DNA of 64,000 bases from Amoebophrya sp. A120. Taxonomy: Eukaryota; Protista; Dinoflagellata. The translations under genes were made by a program, and so were the position numbers. Shown here in pieces: positions 38,677-51,600 of this stretch. A model generated the notes under the pieces. The model was not told the DNA's origin, made no database searches, and saw nothing but the letters and a program-made list of their open reading frames with translations. Position 1 is the stretch's first letter. Every line of letters starts with the position of its first letter. Location of the stretch: positions 11,874,729-11,938,728 of the forward strand of contig CAJINV010000002.1 of the NCBI GenBank assembly GCA_905178155.1, read 5' to 3'.

Positions 38677-40155
38677 GGGCTTGCGTTCTCTACAACGCGA
38701 ACTAGCATTGTTTTCTCCAAATCAGCCTGTTCCAGGGACTAGCTGTTCCTTCGAGTCTTTTACGCACACAAATCTAATGACAGTTAGCTCATCTACTTCA
38801 GGACCAGGAGGTTCGTGCAGCTGCTCCCTGGCCACGCTGCAGCAGACCGACCCCCGTCTTGTTTAGAAAAGGAAACAGCTGCAGGAGAGTCCCTACGGAA
38901 GGAATCGATCTACTGCGCATCATGTGCGAAGGTCACTGCGGGCTGGCGGAGGGGGAGGCTCGCGCCGGCCAAAGGACCAGGCTGCAGTTTAATTTTTAGG
39001 AGATCTTTGAGTAAGATCAAGATTCGATAATTTCCATCCTTGATGATGATGGCATCGAGCTCCAATACCTCACCATGCAATGCATCCGCAAAGCACTGCA
39101 GCGGTTTCTGTTTCGTAGGTTCCGATTGTACCGAAAACTATAGATAAATCTAGCGAAAGTGAGAACGCGTTGGCCGCGCCCGCCCATGAGGGACAGTAAA
39201 AAAATAGTATTTGCATACATTCACAGACGTAAAAAAAAGTGATTGAGATCTTCATTGTGATAGAAGAAAGCAGCCAGTTCGTTACTATGTACTGGTTGGC
39301 GGAGATGAAGCTGCACGACTTTTGCGTAGCGCTTTGATAGCTGACATGTCAGGCATTGATTTCCCTTCTCGTCAATACTTAAAAATTCGGTAGCTGCCAA
39401 AAACGTTTTTCGGATTCGGACATGATGCGAGTATTACTACCGGGAGGTACTTATGTGACTTCTCCGCGAGTGCCACTGCCAGGAAAGGATGCATTCAATT
39501 CGGTGCCGTAGTCGAAGCAAGGTCGGTTGGCTGGTACTTCTAAAAGTTTTGTCGGTCTCGTTCCCTCAGGATGCTCATCTGAATTGGAGGCATGCACGTT
39601 CATCGCATGTAGTCGTTTTTGACCTTCTGATCAACGATTTTCCTGTGCTGCTGCTCGTTGACACCGTTCTCCTGAGTCGTGCCCACCAAAAATTAAACGC
39701 GCAATCGGACTCGTACTCGACTTAATTATGACAAAACTTCGCTGTCCTCGTATCACGACAAACTGATTCTGATTTTCGTGTCGTCGTATCGTTTCATTGC
39801 AGTTCCTTCGTAATCATTCCTTTTCACACAAAACCAGGGTAAATATTCATTCTCATTTGCCCCCCTTTCGAAGTCACACCTCCAACTACGATGCTTTTAT
39901 CAGAAAGCGCCATTGATCATTCGCTATCGCTCCGTATTCGTATCGTTCTCGTTTCGGGTTGCGGTGGGAGTGAATCGTTAGCACTATCGTAAAGTCGTGG
40001 AATTAGATCGAAATCTATCAACAAAAACTAACACAACCACACAAAAAGTAAATAAAGGGAAAAACTGGTAAAGAAGATAAAGACGAGGCCCGGGGGGCAC
40101 GAGTCGTGGTTTCGTATAGTCACAGTTTAGTGTCCATTTGAGCACCTCCGACACC

Positions 40156-41148
40156 ATGGTGGTTCCGATGCCAAGTATCCAGGTGACGCCCGTCCCAACG
40201 GACTACGCATTGAAGAGCAGAAATTGGTTCTGGGCTTTCTCGGCGACTATCTTCGTTTGCAGTAATATAATTTTGCCACTTTTATTCGGCGACGGCGTCG
40301 TGCTCGTGCTGCACGACTCAGGTCTCTTTGGAAGCACGTGCTCGTTCGGTTTTTGTACAGAGTCCTCCTGGTTGAGATCTTCTTCGTGAAATAAGCTGAG
40401 TTCTTTCGAATATGGTAATAAAACAACAAAAAATACAAATTTTTTCAGGTATGGTGCAGATATTCATGTTCCTGAACATTATTCCGGGTTTTATGATGCT
40501 GATCATTTGCGGCGTCGGGTTTTACACGCTCCGCGAGAAGTCCATCGATATGAACTGCCTCATGACCTGGGGGATGATCTGCCTCGTAAATGGCGTTTTC
40601 GACACCGTTTTTCTCATCGACCGAGCAGTGAAGATGGACCGCCCACTGTTCTCCTTCCAAGTGGAGAAGGCTTTTCTGTACAACACCATCCATTTTCTCA
40701 TACTCGCGGGACCAACCGCCGAACTGTGTAGTGCCTACCTGGTCTACAAGGTAAATTACTGAGTTTTACCAACTAGCAGCAACATCAGATGATCGCCACT
40801 GTTTCTCATACTTGAACTTGTTTTTTGGTAGGAATAGGAGAAGTTCTGTATCTCCTGCTTGATCAGGTCCAATCTTTAACACGAGGTTGAGAGGGACTAT
40901 CCTATGCTTCTGTCTGTTGCTACGCACAGGTATACAAGGACGCGACGGACGAGAGCTTCATGGTCGACAACTACCACAGCCGACAGCGAGGAGCCGCCGC
41001 CGGCAACGTCGCAAGCGCGTCCTACGGGGCAGGAGAGACCACCGGACTCACCTCGGGAGCGTCTCAGAGCGGCTCCACATTTACACCCTTCGTCGGCAAG
41101 GGCAACACACTCGGGGGTACCCAGAGCAACGATGAAAATAGTGCCTGA
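40156..41148 (+). CDS. Multi-pass membrane protein with C-terminal SHP-box-like motif (paralog 1)
   Basis: Exons 40156-40261, 40449-40750, 40930-41148 (GT-AG); about 4 hydrophobic helices; FTPFVGKGNTLGG; aligns end to end with paralog 2. Confidence 0.8.
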
Positions 41149-42672
41149 GTTTTGTTGACCTTGATCAAAAACTGACATGATGTGTGCTACTCTGTAATCC
41201 AGCTCGAGATGGACACTCATGCCCTTGTTTTCCATTGTACGCCAGATTTTATGTAGATTTTTTCATGTATTTTCGCCTGTCTACTTTGTAATTCATTTTA
41301 CCTGTATTAAGCCCTTTTTCGATGTATGATTTGTTCAAAATTCACATTGTCGCGATGTTTGTGTATGCTTCCAAAATCCGCCCGTAGAAATATCATAGCG
41401 ATATTGCTTCTCTGTCTCCTTTGTAAAAATTGGCGCGCTTGACTCTACTATCTACTTGACGTCTGCGCCCCCCAGAGACAGCAATAGCGGCCATCGCTGC
41501 ATCCAGCTATTCTTCCCTTATCCTCCGCCTCCGCGCGGCTGCACACGCAACTCAACTGCATGTAGAAAGCCGCGGCGCCTGTGTAACAGCACAATGTCAG
41601 CAATGCGGGAGCTATTCGCGAGGTCAAGAATATCTGGTACGGCGACCACTGCTCTTCTATGATAAATACTCTACTCGTGCCACAAGAAGTAGAAACGGGA
41701 TCTCTGCTTCCCTAGATTGGCAAAGATTGTTTTGTAGAATACAGTCTTCATCAGATACCAAGCACGTTGCATGTGCTGTCAAATTCGAAAGGAAACGAGC
41801 CACCACGGATAAGATGTGTTCAGTATTGGCGTCGACTCAACGTTACTTATTCGTTTCAGATCTTTGGTGAGTGCTGAAAAATCGGATGTCCGTTGTGTGT
41901 CGCTGTGCATTTGTGCATGGATCCGTTGCTTCTGGTGAGCACTGTTCCAGGGTCGTCACAAATCGTTTTCATTTCATCTCGTCTTGCAAGTCTGATCAAC
42001 GGGAACAGCTAGAGCATCATACCAATCAATCGTGTGATCGTGATGGATGAAAACATGGAACTATGGTAATTTCTACTATGTCGATTTTTCGTCTATGCTG
42101 ACGCGATCCTTGAGACTCGTTTCTCTACAAATCGTGGGTATGTCTTCAGTTTCACCAGTGCCGTGGTTTCTGCTGCACAGAAAGTTCGTTGTAGGTTGGA
42201 GTCATACGTTCTCGTTTAGGTTTATGTCGTGACCGTGAGGAAAATGGAGGCCTGCACCCTGGGTTTCGGCCTATCCTTTATTCACCGTTCTTGCCTTCAT
42301 AAAAATGTAGTTTCGTGCTTAGCATGCTGCCTGTCGCAGTTGTTTATGGAAGGCGCCATTTTGTTTCGGATTTTTTTAGCAAAGGCAAAACTAACCCTAA
42401 AAAAATATAAGTTGCCCGCAATATTCATATATACTTAAATCAAGAGCATACTTTATACTTTTTGGTATTTCTCTGCTACGTCGCCGGTTGGGTACGCGGC
42501 ATGAAAAAGATTCGCTCCTGGTGTGACGAAACTCGTGCCCCTCTCTCTCTTCGTAACTACTTGTAAGAAAGTGGGAACTTGATTTGAGTCCTCTCGTTAT
42601 TGTGCCGCGCGTCCAGGAGCGAGACGTAGCGCAGTTTGCCAGCAAACAACCTCCTCCGAGTAATTTTTCAGC

Positions 42673-44520
42673 ATGGTGGTGCCCCTGCCGCCAATCTACA
42701 TCACCCCGGTGCCTTCCGAGTACGCACTAAAATGTCGTCCCTGGTTCACCGTTTTCGCGTTTGTCATGCTGGTCGAATCCATCCAGAAGATGTTTCTGGA
42801 TCTCGAGATTTTTCCGGGTTTCATATCAAAATGAAAAATCCCCCCTCCCCATATCAAAACGGAAATTTGTGATGCTCATTTGTGACCACAAATCAGCTTT
42901 GTATTGCAGAGAGGCACTGCGGCCAGATCCCCAGGCTAGGTAGGGGCGTATGGGTCTAGTAGTTCAGCATGGCAAACGGCCCCCCTTTAGGCCCAACAGC
43001 ATGACAAATCGCTTCCACAATGGGGCGGAAGCTTCTGGCCTTGTCTTCTTGCAAGACAGATGTGATTTGTGACCTCAAATCCGCAACGCAAATTTTTGGA
43101 AACATACCTTTTCAATATGGGGAGGGGGGATTTTTCCTCTCAATATTTCATGGTGGCGATCCTGGCTGGCGTGGGGTTCTACTGCCTGCGCGACAAGTCC
43201 GTCGACATGCACTGTCTCATGACTTGGGGTAAGTATGTACTTGGCAGGGCGAGATGCTTCATTCACATTTTTTGTCAAGCGCAAGCATGACGCTCTGAAG
43301 TTCGCTGTACGACCCCACAGATCTTACATAGAGACCATAATTTCACTCGGTAGAAGCAACTAAAAGGGAACAGGTCGGTGGTGAATCGAATGCATTATGT
43401 TGAAGAAATGGATTTTCAAACTGAATCTTAATGCAGGCATGGTGTGCATGATCAATGGGGTTCTTACGGTGGTGTTGCTGATTGATCGAGTCGTGCGTCC
43501 CATGTCCGAGCCGCTCTTCGTCACGAGCAACGACCAACTGCGGGACAAAGGCGTTTGGGTCCACAACACGAAGTCCCTGATCCGCATCGCAAGTCCCGTA
43601 GCGATGTTGTGCGTCGCCGGGCTCACCTATCGGGTAAGTACCTACTGATCATGCTGATGTTTTGTACACCACGTCAACGGACGATCTTTCTTTATTTATT
43701 GCCTCTAAAGGTGCTAAAGGTGACGAATTTTAATGACATGTTTCTTACTTTATGAGGTTTACAACGAGGTGATGGATACCCTCGACGATATGGCGGCAGA
43801 CCAGCAGGTGCGAAATAATATGAAAGTGAAAAGAGTTGTGGGCGCGCAGCGACAGAAGCGTCTTCATGATGTGTTTATATCAGAAATATGTGAAAAATTC
43901 TTCATCTACATCTTGCTGTACGTCTGAGATCACAGGTTTTATCCGCAGCTGCGGATCAAGGTTTGATCCGCAGCAACATGCTCGCTTGTTTAAGTAAGCA
44001 TCACAGGCGGAAGATCACGTATGCGAAATTCAGCACTGCTATGTGACGAAGACGATGGTCATGTTGCTGCGCATCTACGGTTTTTCTTTTCCAAAACGAT
44101 TGCGATACAAGAGCAGCGAGAGCAATACGTCGCGGGGACAAAATATTCTTCGAATCTCGATCGGCTTTTTGTTGTTATATAATTCTAACGACGCATTTCC
44201 ATTTGCATTGCTTTGATTTTGATGGGCGAAGGGACTTTTCTGAGAACAATTTGAATTCAGTAATGAGAGCTACAAAGAACTACAATTTGCAGATGGTAGC
44301 TAAGTTGTGTCGCTAAATAGACGAGTGCCGGTTCCCACAACAGCAGAAGTAGAGCGAGATTTGTGGAAGTTTTTAAGCGAGCTATACAGCAGAGCAGACG
44401 CAGCGGCTGAACCAACGCCAGAGCGCAGGTGCGCCACAAAATACGAATGCCAGCAATACCGGCACGACGTTCACACCCTTTGGGGGAGTTGGTAATCAAT
44501 TGGGCGGAGAACTGGACTAA
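42673..44520 (+). CDS. Multi-pass membrane protein with C-terminal SHP-box-like motif (paralog 2)
   Basis: Exons 42673-42823, 43151-43228, 43437-43633, 43757-43807, an uncertain middle exon, ~44378-44520; MVVPLPPIYITPVPSEYALK, GVGFYCLRDKSVDMHCLMTWG, FTPFGGVGNQLGG match paralog 1. Confidence 0.78.
42824..43145. mobile_element. Introner-like non-canonical intron 3 (imperfect TIR, 5-bp TSD TTTCA)
   Basis: Left TATCAAAATGAAAAATCCCCCCTCCCCATATCAAAA vs right reverse complement TATTGAGAGGAAAAATCCCCCCTCCCCATATTGAAA; TTTCA at 42819-42823 and 43146-43150; removal gives PGF|MVAILAGVGFY, colinear with paralog 1. Confidence 0.9.
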
Positions 44521-46247
44521 ATTAGGATCGGAAACTGCGTCTAAAGTCTTGTGCAAGCCAGTGCAGAACCAATGTAAAATTACTTAGTTCGGTCTGTAGT
44601 GCAACTAGTACTAGTAGACCATTCCAAGTTGTACTAGTGCTTCTGAGCAGCTGAACATTTGTTGTTCCCCCCACCTCTCAAACGTGTATAATGTATTTCG
44701 ACTGTTGCGCCTCCATGTACCTCTCCGCATGCAAAAACGTATAGTTTCGAGGATCATGGAGAAGTGCATTTAGCAAACTTTGTACTCAAACGGAAAGCGG
44801 ATGAAGTGGCTCCCCGGCATCAAGCGAAAAAGGAGTACGCAAGAAGTGCTTGAAGTTGTACAAGACGTATCTATACTGCATCGGAACCTGACTGGTTCCG
44901 CATCTAACCTCTGGCATCTTGGTGATGTTCTGGTTCTCCTCGCTTCTTGCTGAGTCTCTGATTTAAAATGTTGAGTGGTTGTTTGACAGGTCCAGATAGT
45001 TGGTATACAACACAAATCATATGAAATACTAGACAGCGCCAGCATTGTTCACAAACGTAGATGTTTGATGTTGATGTACCTATGTATGCCATCCGGACCG
45101 CTCGCTTTTAAGTTCAAGACTAAATAGATGCAAATGCTCGGTTGTATCAAAGTTGGGTTTTATTTGTAGAACCACAGAGTGAGATAATCACAATTCTCCT
45201 CTCACGTTGCGGTCGCGGAACATAGAGCCAAGTGTTCTCCCGAAGCATGATTGCCGAGACAGCGCCACTCGTCGGCGAGAGATCGGATAAGCGGAGAAAC
45301 GCAAACACACGAGGGATGAAGTGCTTTGAGTTTCATTTTCGACAAAAATGAATCGGTGACCCATTGCGTTTGGCCCCGAGCCCGGCGAACCGGAACCCAC
45401 TTCCCGTTTGCAGAGCAAGGAACCGACGGCGGATTACCGTGAGGGAGATATAGATGGAACAAAGGGGCGCCACCTCCCCACAGTGAGGCAGTTCATTGTA
45501 GCATCGAGGGAAGGGCTTCCTAAGTGTAAGCTGGAACCGGGGTCGGCCGCGTGCGCCAAAAGCGCGGCGCCCCGCCGAGCGAAGGTGGAAAAGTGTGGAC
45601 ATCCCCGCCCAATAAAGGCGCGCTGGTAGCCAAGAAGTGAGAGCTTTTTTTATAGTGCGCGTTCATCCCCGCGGTATGCTTGCGAAAGAGTAGTAAACTC
45701 GGACCCTTCGTTTGGCCGCAGTGACGTCGTCGATCGCAAGAAGGAAATAGAAAAATCAAAAAAGTCGCCCATTTGTAAATATGCGCCTTGCGCTGAACTC
45801 GGAATTTGTCAGCCCGCCAAACATGGCGAGAAACTGAAAACTTAGCCAGCATGTAGTCGTATTTGCTTTTTCGTGGGGGTTCTACATTGGGAGGCGTTGT
45901 TGTTGAAAAACAAAAAGTCCGCAACTTGGAATTGCATGAACTCATTGTCAAACACAATCACAAACTCTCTTGCCCGTATGAAAGGAGCTCGTCTGACAAA
46001 TCGAAAGACTCTTGCCTCCTGAGTAACATCGAAGAGGCCCAAGCAGAAATGGACAACTCTCGTACTAAACTCGGTCGTAAACTTCTATTCGAGCGACATG
46101 TTTTTGTTTTGTCTGGTACGTTGATGTTTACGTTCGGGATGTAAACACGCATCAATTATCGAGACAGAAGACTAGATTAGGTTCATAGATAGAGCGAGCA
46201 CGTGAATCTTTTTCTCCGTCGGCCGAAAGTAAAAATAGGGACGCAAC

Positions 46248-48167
46248 ATGCCACCTAAAGAGCCACAGAAGGGGGCCAGTGCGCGAAGCTCATCGGCTCA
46301 CCGGAGGACCGCGGGCGGGTCCCGTAACCTCTCAGCAAAAGGCAAGGACGCCGCAGCAACCTCGGTGCCGGCGCAGCAGGATACTACTAAAATCTTCTCT
46401 ACGGCACCGTCTGGCGGGACAGAGAAGAAAAAAAATCCACGCGACGAACTTGCAGCAGCCGCGGCTTTAGCAACTAGATGCAAGGACGGCTCCAAGGGAA
46501 AGAGTGCGGCCGTGTTCAAGAAAAACCCCGCCACTAGTCATCCCTCGTCTAGCAGCTCATCCTCTATCTTCGTCTCAGATCGCGCCAATGCCGCAACCAA
46601 AAGCAAAAACAAGGAAGCGGGTGGCATAGCGCCATCAGCATTGACACGCGGACGAAGTACTGACGTCAAGAACAAATCCAGTGCTGGCAGTAGTAGCTCC
46701 GGAACCGCAACAAGCTCCAAGTCGGTGAAAAAGGTTGTATCATCCGCCTCCGTTGGTCATGGTCGCAGCAAGGGCGCAGCTTCTTCAGTAGCAGTACCAC
46801 CACCCGGCAACGTGAACAATGCGGCCCTGGATGCCGCTTCTGCTGATGAGGGACCTGCTCCTGCAGTACGGCGTCGACAAAAAAAAGACAGCTTTGAGAA
46901 GGGCGTGTTCATGCCGCAATTTCTGTTCAATTTCGAAAACGAACGCGAGAAGGACCAGCTTGCTAAGCCCGAAAAATACGAGTCCGACGGCGAGACTGTG
47001 ACGGAAGCCTGGAAGGACTACACTCGAGCTAACCACGCCAGGCGCGAGCGGCTCCGGTATTGGTCCAGCAAGCCTCTCACCGCAGAGACAAACAACAACC
47101 GTCAAGGGGCATCAGCATTCCAGACCAGGTTCGAGCAATGGCAACGCGACTACAGGTATCGAGAGCATCCGGGGCCAGCTATTCGCGCGACGGAGCAGGG
47201 GAGTGAAGCGGCGAAAGCTGGCGATGAGGACCACGCTCATGATGATGAAGATGAAGATCATTTTTTTCAAGCGGAAGAAAAAGATGATGGCGATGATGAT
47301 GATGATGATGAAATCCATGGTGATGGAGTAGAAGACGTTGCTGCAGAGATCGCCAGCTTCGATGATCTCCTGGACGACGACATTAAAGAGAGCAGTATGC
47401 CGATTGCGGTCCGCACCAAGAAACAGGACGCAAAGGCGCTCCACACACTGGAGATCCACCAGAAGCAGAACAGCACAGCAGCAGCAGAACAGCAGCCCCG
47501 TCTGCAGCATCGCGATAACCATGGTGCGAAACAACTACCACCACCCGCCTCGCCTTTGCGAGACAGGAAGCAGAGCATCAACAAGCGCCAAGTCGCTGCG
47601 GACGTTTTCCAGTATGGACTCGAAGCAGAGGCGGAGATGGAGGAGATGAACTCAGTTGCGCAGATCGACTTGGAATTAAACGGCTCAACTCCAGGTCCGG
47701 ACGAGAGCAAGAATGAAGACGAGCAGCTGGCCTTGAATAGTAAGAAGGCGAAGTTTTTTGCTCTGAACAGTACGAAGAACAAAAGCAAAGAATCAATCTT
47801 CTTGCGGAATAACGGCCCCGGAAGCAGCTTGTTGTTCTCACGGAGCGCAACTCCGCGGAAAAGCACCCCAAGACGTGTGACCGCACATGACAGAAGGGAG
47901 TTGCTTCGCGACAAAATCGCGATCGAGAAGTTGGACACGGCGCGCAGAAGCAGGAAGTCAGCTGCAGCATCTTCTGCAGATAAACCATCAGCGCCTGTCA
48001 CTCCTGCTTCCTCTTCTTCGGCTGACATAGGAACTTCGCAGGAAAGCGGTCAAGCAGCGCGGACGACTCCTGTTTCGCAGGAACGTGGATTAGGGGGCGA
48101 CGTCGCGGGGGAACCCTCTGTGACCTATGGCAACGAAATCTTGAGTCCTGGCAGCCGGCATTTTTGA
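46248..48167 (+). CDS. Low-complexity (S/K/A/D-rich) hypothetical protein; may continue by splicing into exons at ~48.2-49.8 kb
   Basis: 639-aa ORF with coding-like composition; downstream open hydrophobic segments 49085-49345 (ending at GTAAG) and 49571-49830 look like further exons. Confidence 0.6.
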   Translation: MPPKEPQKGASARSSSAHRRTAGGSRNLSAKGKDAAATSVPAQQDTTKIFSTAPSGGTEKKKNPRDELAAAAALATRCKDGSKGKSAAVFKKNPATSHPSSSSSSSIFVSDRANAATKSKNKEAGGIAPSALTRGRSTDVKNKSSAGSSSSGTATSSKSVKKVVSSASVGHGRSKGAASSVAVPPPGNVNNAALDAASADEGPAPAVRRRQKKDSFEKGVFMPQFLFNFENEREKDQLAKPEKYESDGETVTEAWKDYTRANHARRERLRYWSSKPLTAETNNNRQGASAFQTRFEQWQRDYRYREHPGPAIRATEQGSEAAKAGDEDHAHDDEDEDHFFQAEEKDDGDDDDDDEIHGDGVEDVAAEIASFDDLLDDDIKESSMPIAVRTKKQDAKALHTLEIHQKQNSTAAAEQQPRLQHRDNHGAKQLPPPASPLRDRKQSINKRQVAADVFQYGLEAEAEMEEMNSVAQIDLELNGSTPGPDESKNEDEQLALNSKKAKFFALNSTKNKSKESIFLRNNGPGSSLLFSRSATPRKSTPRRVTAHDRRELLRDKIAIEKLDTARRSRKSAAASSADKPSAPVTPASSSSADIGTSQESGQAARTTPVSQERGLGGDVAGEPSVTYGNEILSPGSRHF

Positions 48168-48433
48168 CGATTCTACTTTTTTGCATTCCCATCATAAGCT
48201 GCTTCGTTCGTTTGTCAGCCACAGGCAAATCGTTTTCGTCGTGGTTGCAGACGACCATGGGGGTGTTGCCACAGCTGCTGGCGCTCTCGAAAATGAAATG
48301 CTCCAAAAGCACGAGTTTGCTGTGGTCCTTGACTCAAAAATTTTATTGCGATAGCAACCACGCCCTGGAACAAGGAAGGCAAGAAGTGGTTTCTGGACGA
48401 GTGGCTCCGCCGCTAGCAGATAGAGGGTATGCG

Positions 48434-48668
48434 TTGCAAACGTGTCAGTCTGGGTTTGGAAGAGTTTCGATGGTGATGCTGCCTCAGATTTCAAAGGGAA
48501 AGAAAAGAGAATCCGTATTGCAGAGCAGTTTTTTCTACACGGAGAGCGCATTTGTCATGCAGGAGAGGCATTAAAAACCCGATGCTAGAGCATGCATTGA
48601 CAGACCAGAGTGCCATGGTGCATGGCAAGCTTTGCAGAGTCCCAGACCCAGACATTTTGCATTTGATG
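48434..48668 (-). mobile_element. Diverged copy of introner 1 family, opposite orientation
   Basis: Colinear blocks shared with the reverse complement of 14342-14607: GTCTGGGTTTGGAAGA, AATCCGTATTGCAGAGCAG, GCATTTGTCATGC, GATGCTAGAGCATGCAT, CCAGACCCAGACATTTTGCATTTGAT. Confidence 0.75.
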
Positions 48669-51600
48669 GCGGCATCGATCTCGTAGCTGCAGAAAGCTCT
48701 CTGCTCGCCTCCGCAACAACCCGTGGCACAAGCCGTCTCGACCATGGAGACCCCTGCTCAGGCACCACGGTGCGCGCCGAGCCGTCCAAACGATGTCGGG
48801 AAAGCATCGAATTTTTCAAGCAGTTTGCATTGCTATCGCCCGAGAAGAATCTACTGGTGTCATTGTGGTGTACTTTATGGTCAATGTCTTCCAAAGTCGG
48901 ACTGCGCTTGTTCTTCCAACGCTAGAACTACATAGCGTTCGCGTGACATGAACACGCGTGCTCGTGAAAGTGATATTTTATTCCCGCTTGCGCGTGGTCC
49001 ACTCTGAAGCCCTCGCTTCCGTCCAGGTCTTGCGCCATCGTCTCCCTGAAGAAATTGTTGCTTGATATTTTTTCTCGTTGATAGTTGCATTCGGCGATTG
49101 TGTTGTTCGGGAGTTTTTTCGAGATCGGGCTTGGCGTCGAACGGATCTTCCTCTACAAAGCAATCTCGGTGCACCACAGTGACTCGCGCGTGCTCTTTCT
49201 GCTGTGGGGGCTTCGAGCGGTTTTTGTGCTGATCGTCCTCTTCCTGAAGTGGAGCGCACAGTGCCGCTCCTTTCTCCTGGGGGTTCTCGGGACCAATGTC
49301 GGGCTGTTTTGCGCAAAGCGGTTCGACGAACAGGCAGGGTCGGGGTAAGTGCGCGAGTCTTTGTTTAGTTCCAAAAAAGCATGGTCATTCGCACTCCATA
49401 AAAGGACTCCGCATTCTAAGTGTTCGAAATGTTTCGCCTTCTGCTCGACGAGCGAGTCCGTGTAAGTCTAAACTTCTTTTATTTGAAGACCACCATTGAC
49501 ACTGAGTGTCCGGGAAAGTCAATTGATGTATACTAGAAACATCACAAAAAAAAACAATTGAAACTACAGAAACTGGTGGACCGGGGCTGCGCTGATGGAC
49601 TATACAAGCGACGGGGGCATGTGGCGATGGCTGGAAGAAAATCTTCACGCATGACGCTGCGCCTCCGTTTGGGACAACATGAAGGCCGCGGGATGTCATG
49701 CACTGACTTGGCTATATTGGCATGGGCATCGCTAGCTTGCACCAATCAAATTTACTTATTTACAACGCTTCGGAGTTTCGTCAGTTTGGCACAAGAACTA
49801 CAGCCAGCATTCCATCACGCGGGCGGAAAAGTAATCAAATCAAAGAACAGTTGAAGACAGACGCAATCTCGTTGCTCCGAAATCTTGCGTCCGGAAAGGT
49901 TCAGATGCACGATATCAATTATTCGGAATTACCAAGCTTCATCAGATGTACATAATAAGATACAATCCCTCGAACGAAAGGTCTATCAATTGGAATTTTT
50001 CGAAAGCTTCAACAGATGTACTATATCAAGCATTTTTGTGTGCGTACAACAACAATTGTGTGGAGCGGAAAAATTCGGATGGCGGCCTCCTGCATCCATG
50101 TCCATTGGCAGGAAAAGGCAGAATCGCGAGCGTGTTCAGCCCCCTGGAGCTCTTGCAAATTCATCGGTGTTGGCAGTGGCCGAGTTCGTCACGTCGCTCG
50201 GTCGGTTACTCGCTCCCAAGTGAGTCAGGATCTTGGACGTTTCAAGTTTAAACTCAGGATCTTCGGAACCCGAAAAAAAAGAAGAAAAGTCGTTGTGAAG
50301 GCGCTGTGGCGAAGGCTCTGAGCGCTGTGAAGTAGATGTCGTTTTTTCTAGTTAGTATATAGACAGAGATATGTGCGTTTGTTGTGGTTAGGTTGTCCTG
50401 GGGGAGATAGAGTCTTGGTAGTTTGAGTTTCGTCCTTCTCTGCATAAGTCTCACCAACTATGACGCTTTCCTCTTTTAGCAGTATGGTTCGTTAGTATAT
50501 TCGTGCAAAAAAAAAACTATATCCCGCGTTCTGTTCGTTCAAAGTTCGTTGCTATCTCAATCAAAATAAAAAAGGTCGTGCGTTTCCTGTAGTATGCCTC
50601 TAGTTGTGTAAATATCTTTGTGGAGGCAGCAGCGAGGTAGTGTTTTTGGTGAAGTAAGGAGTGCGCTGGTGTAAAAGTCAAACGAGCGCTGCGTTTGGCT
50701 TTGTTTTTTTTCCTTTTTTTCAACTTCCCGATTGAGTGGTGAAGAGAGACGGCTGACCTCGTGTGCGGCCTCTCATCCTAACGCCATCGTTGTTTGCTGG
50801 GGGACCGAGAGAGCTTTTAACCTGGTCGCCAGGTAAGGGCCGAGGAACGAGTTATAAGCTTCGCACTTCGTAGTCAAAGTTCCTCAAGCTCTGAGAATCC
50901 ATCATGCTCGCCTGGTCCCGATGCTATGGTGGAAAAGCAGACTCATTAACGGCAGCGAAAGTCCAAAAAGTCTCGGCTTTTCCAGGATCTCAAACGTATC
51001 GCCTGCAGTTTTCGTTAGGAGAGGTGTGCGCTTTCGTTAATAAACAATAACTCCCCGACCTAAAACTCGCCTTGACCTTTTTCAGGCGAGGCATCGGCTT
51101 TTTTTGATCTTCTGCAACCTAGCGCTTAGCGCGGTATACGCGATATAAGACTTTGCTTTCGAAATGAGAGGCGTGCGCTTTTCTTAGTGATTCGAAATGA
51201 GAGGCGCGCGCTTTTCTTAATATTAGTCACTATCTTCCCGACGTAGAAATCGTCTGTACCTTTTTCAGACGTGGTCGCGGCTTGTGTTTTTTCGAAGCAC
51301 TTGCCACGGTATAGGCGATGAAATGTGATCACCTTGCACTTCTCAAACCTACCTTGAGTGATATCTAAAACCTGAAAGCTTAGTTTTGTTGTAGCTCCCC
51401 CAGGCCCGCTCCTCGGAGCATAGTTTTTCAAATATCTTTCCATGACTCGCAACCCTCTAATAGAATTGATAGCCGGAGAACTTCCCCGAAGACTTTCGAG
51501 GGGTAGCAGCGCGAGAACGTCGCAAAGGGCGCGCGTGGACGCGTGGGCCACGAAGGACCCGCCTTCATTCTGAAGCTGTTTCTTTTTGAGAAACAAGGGG

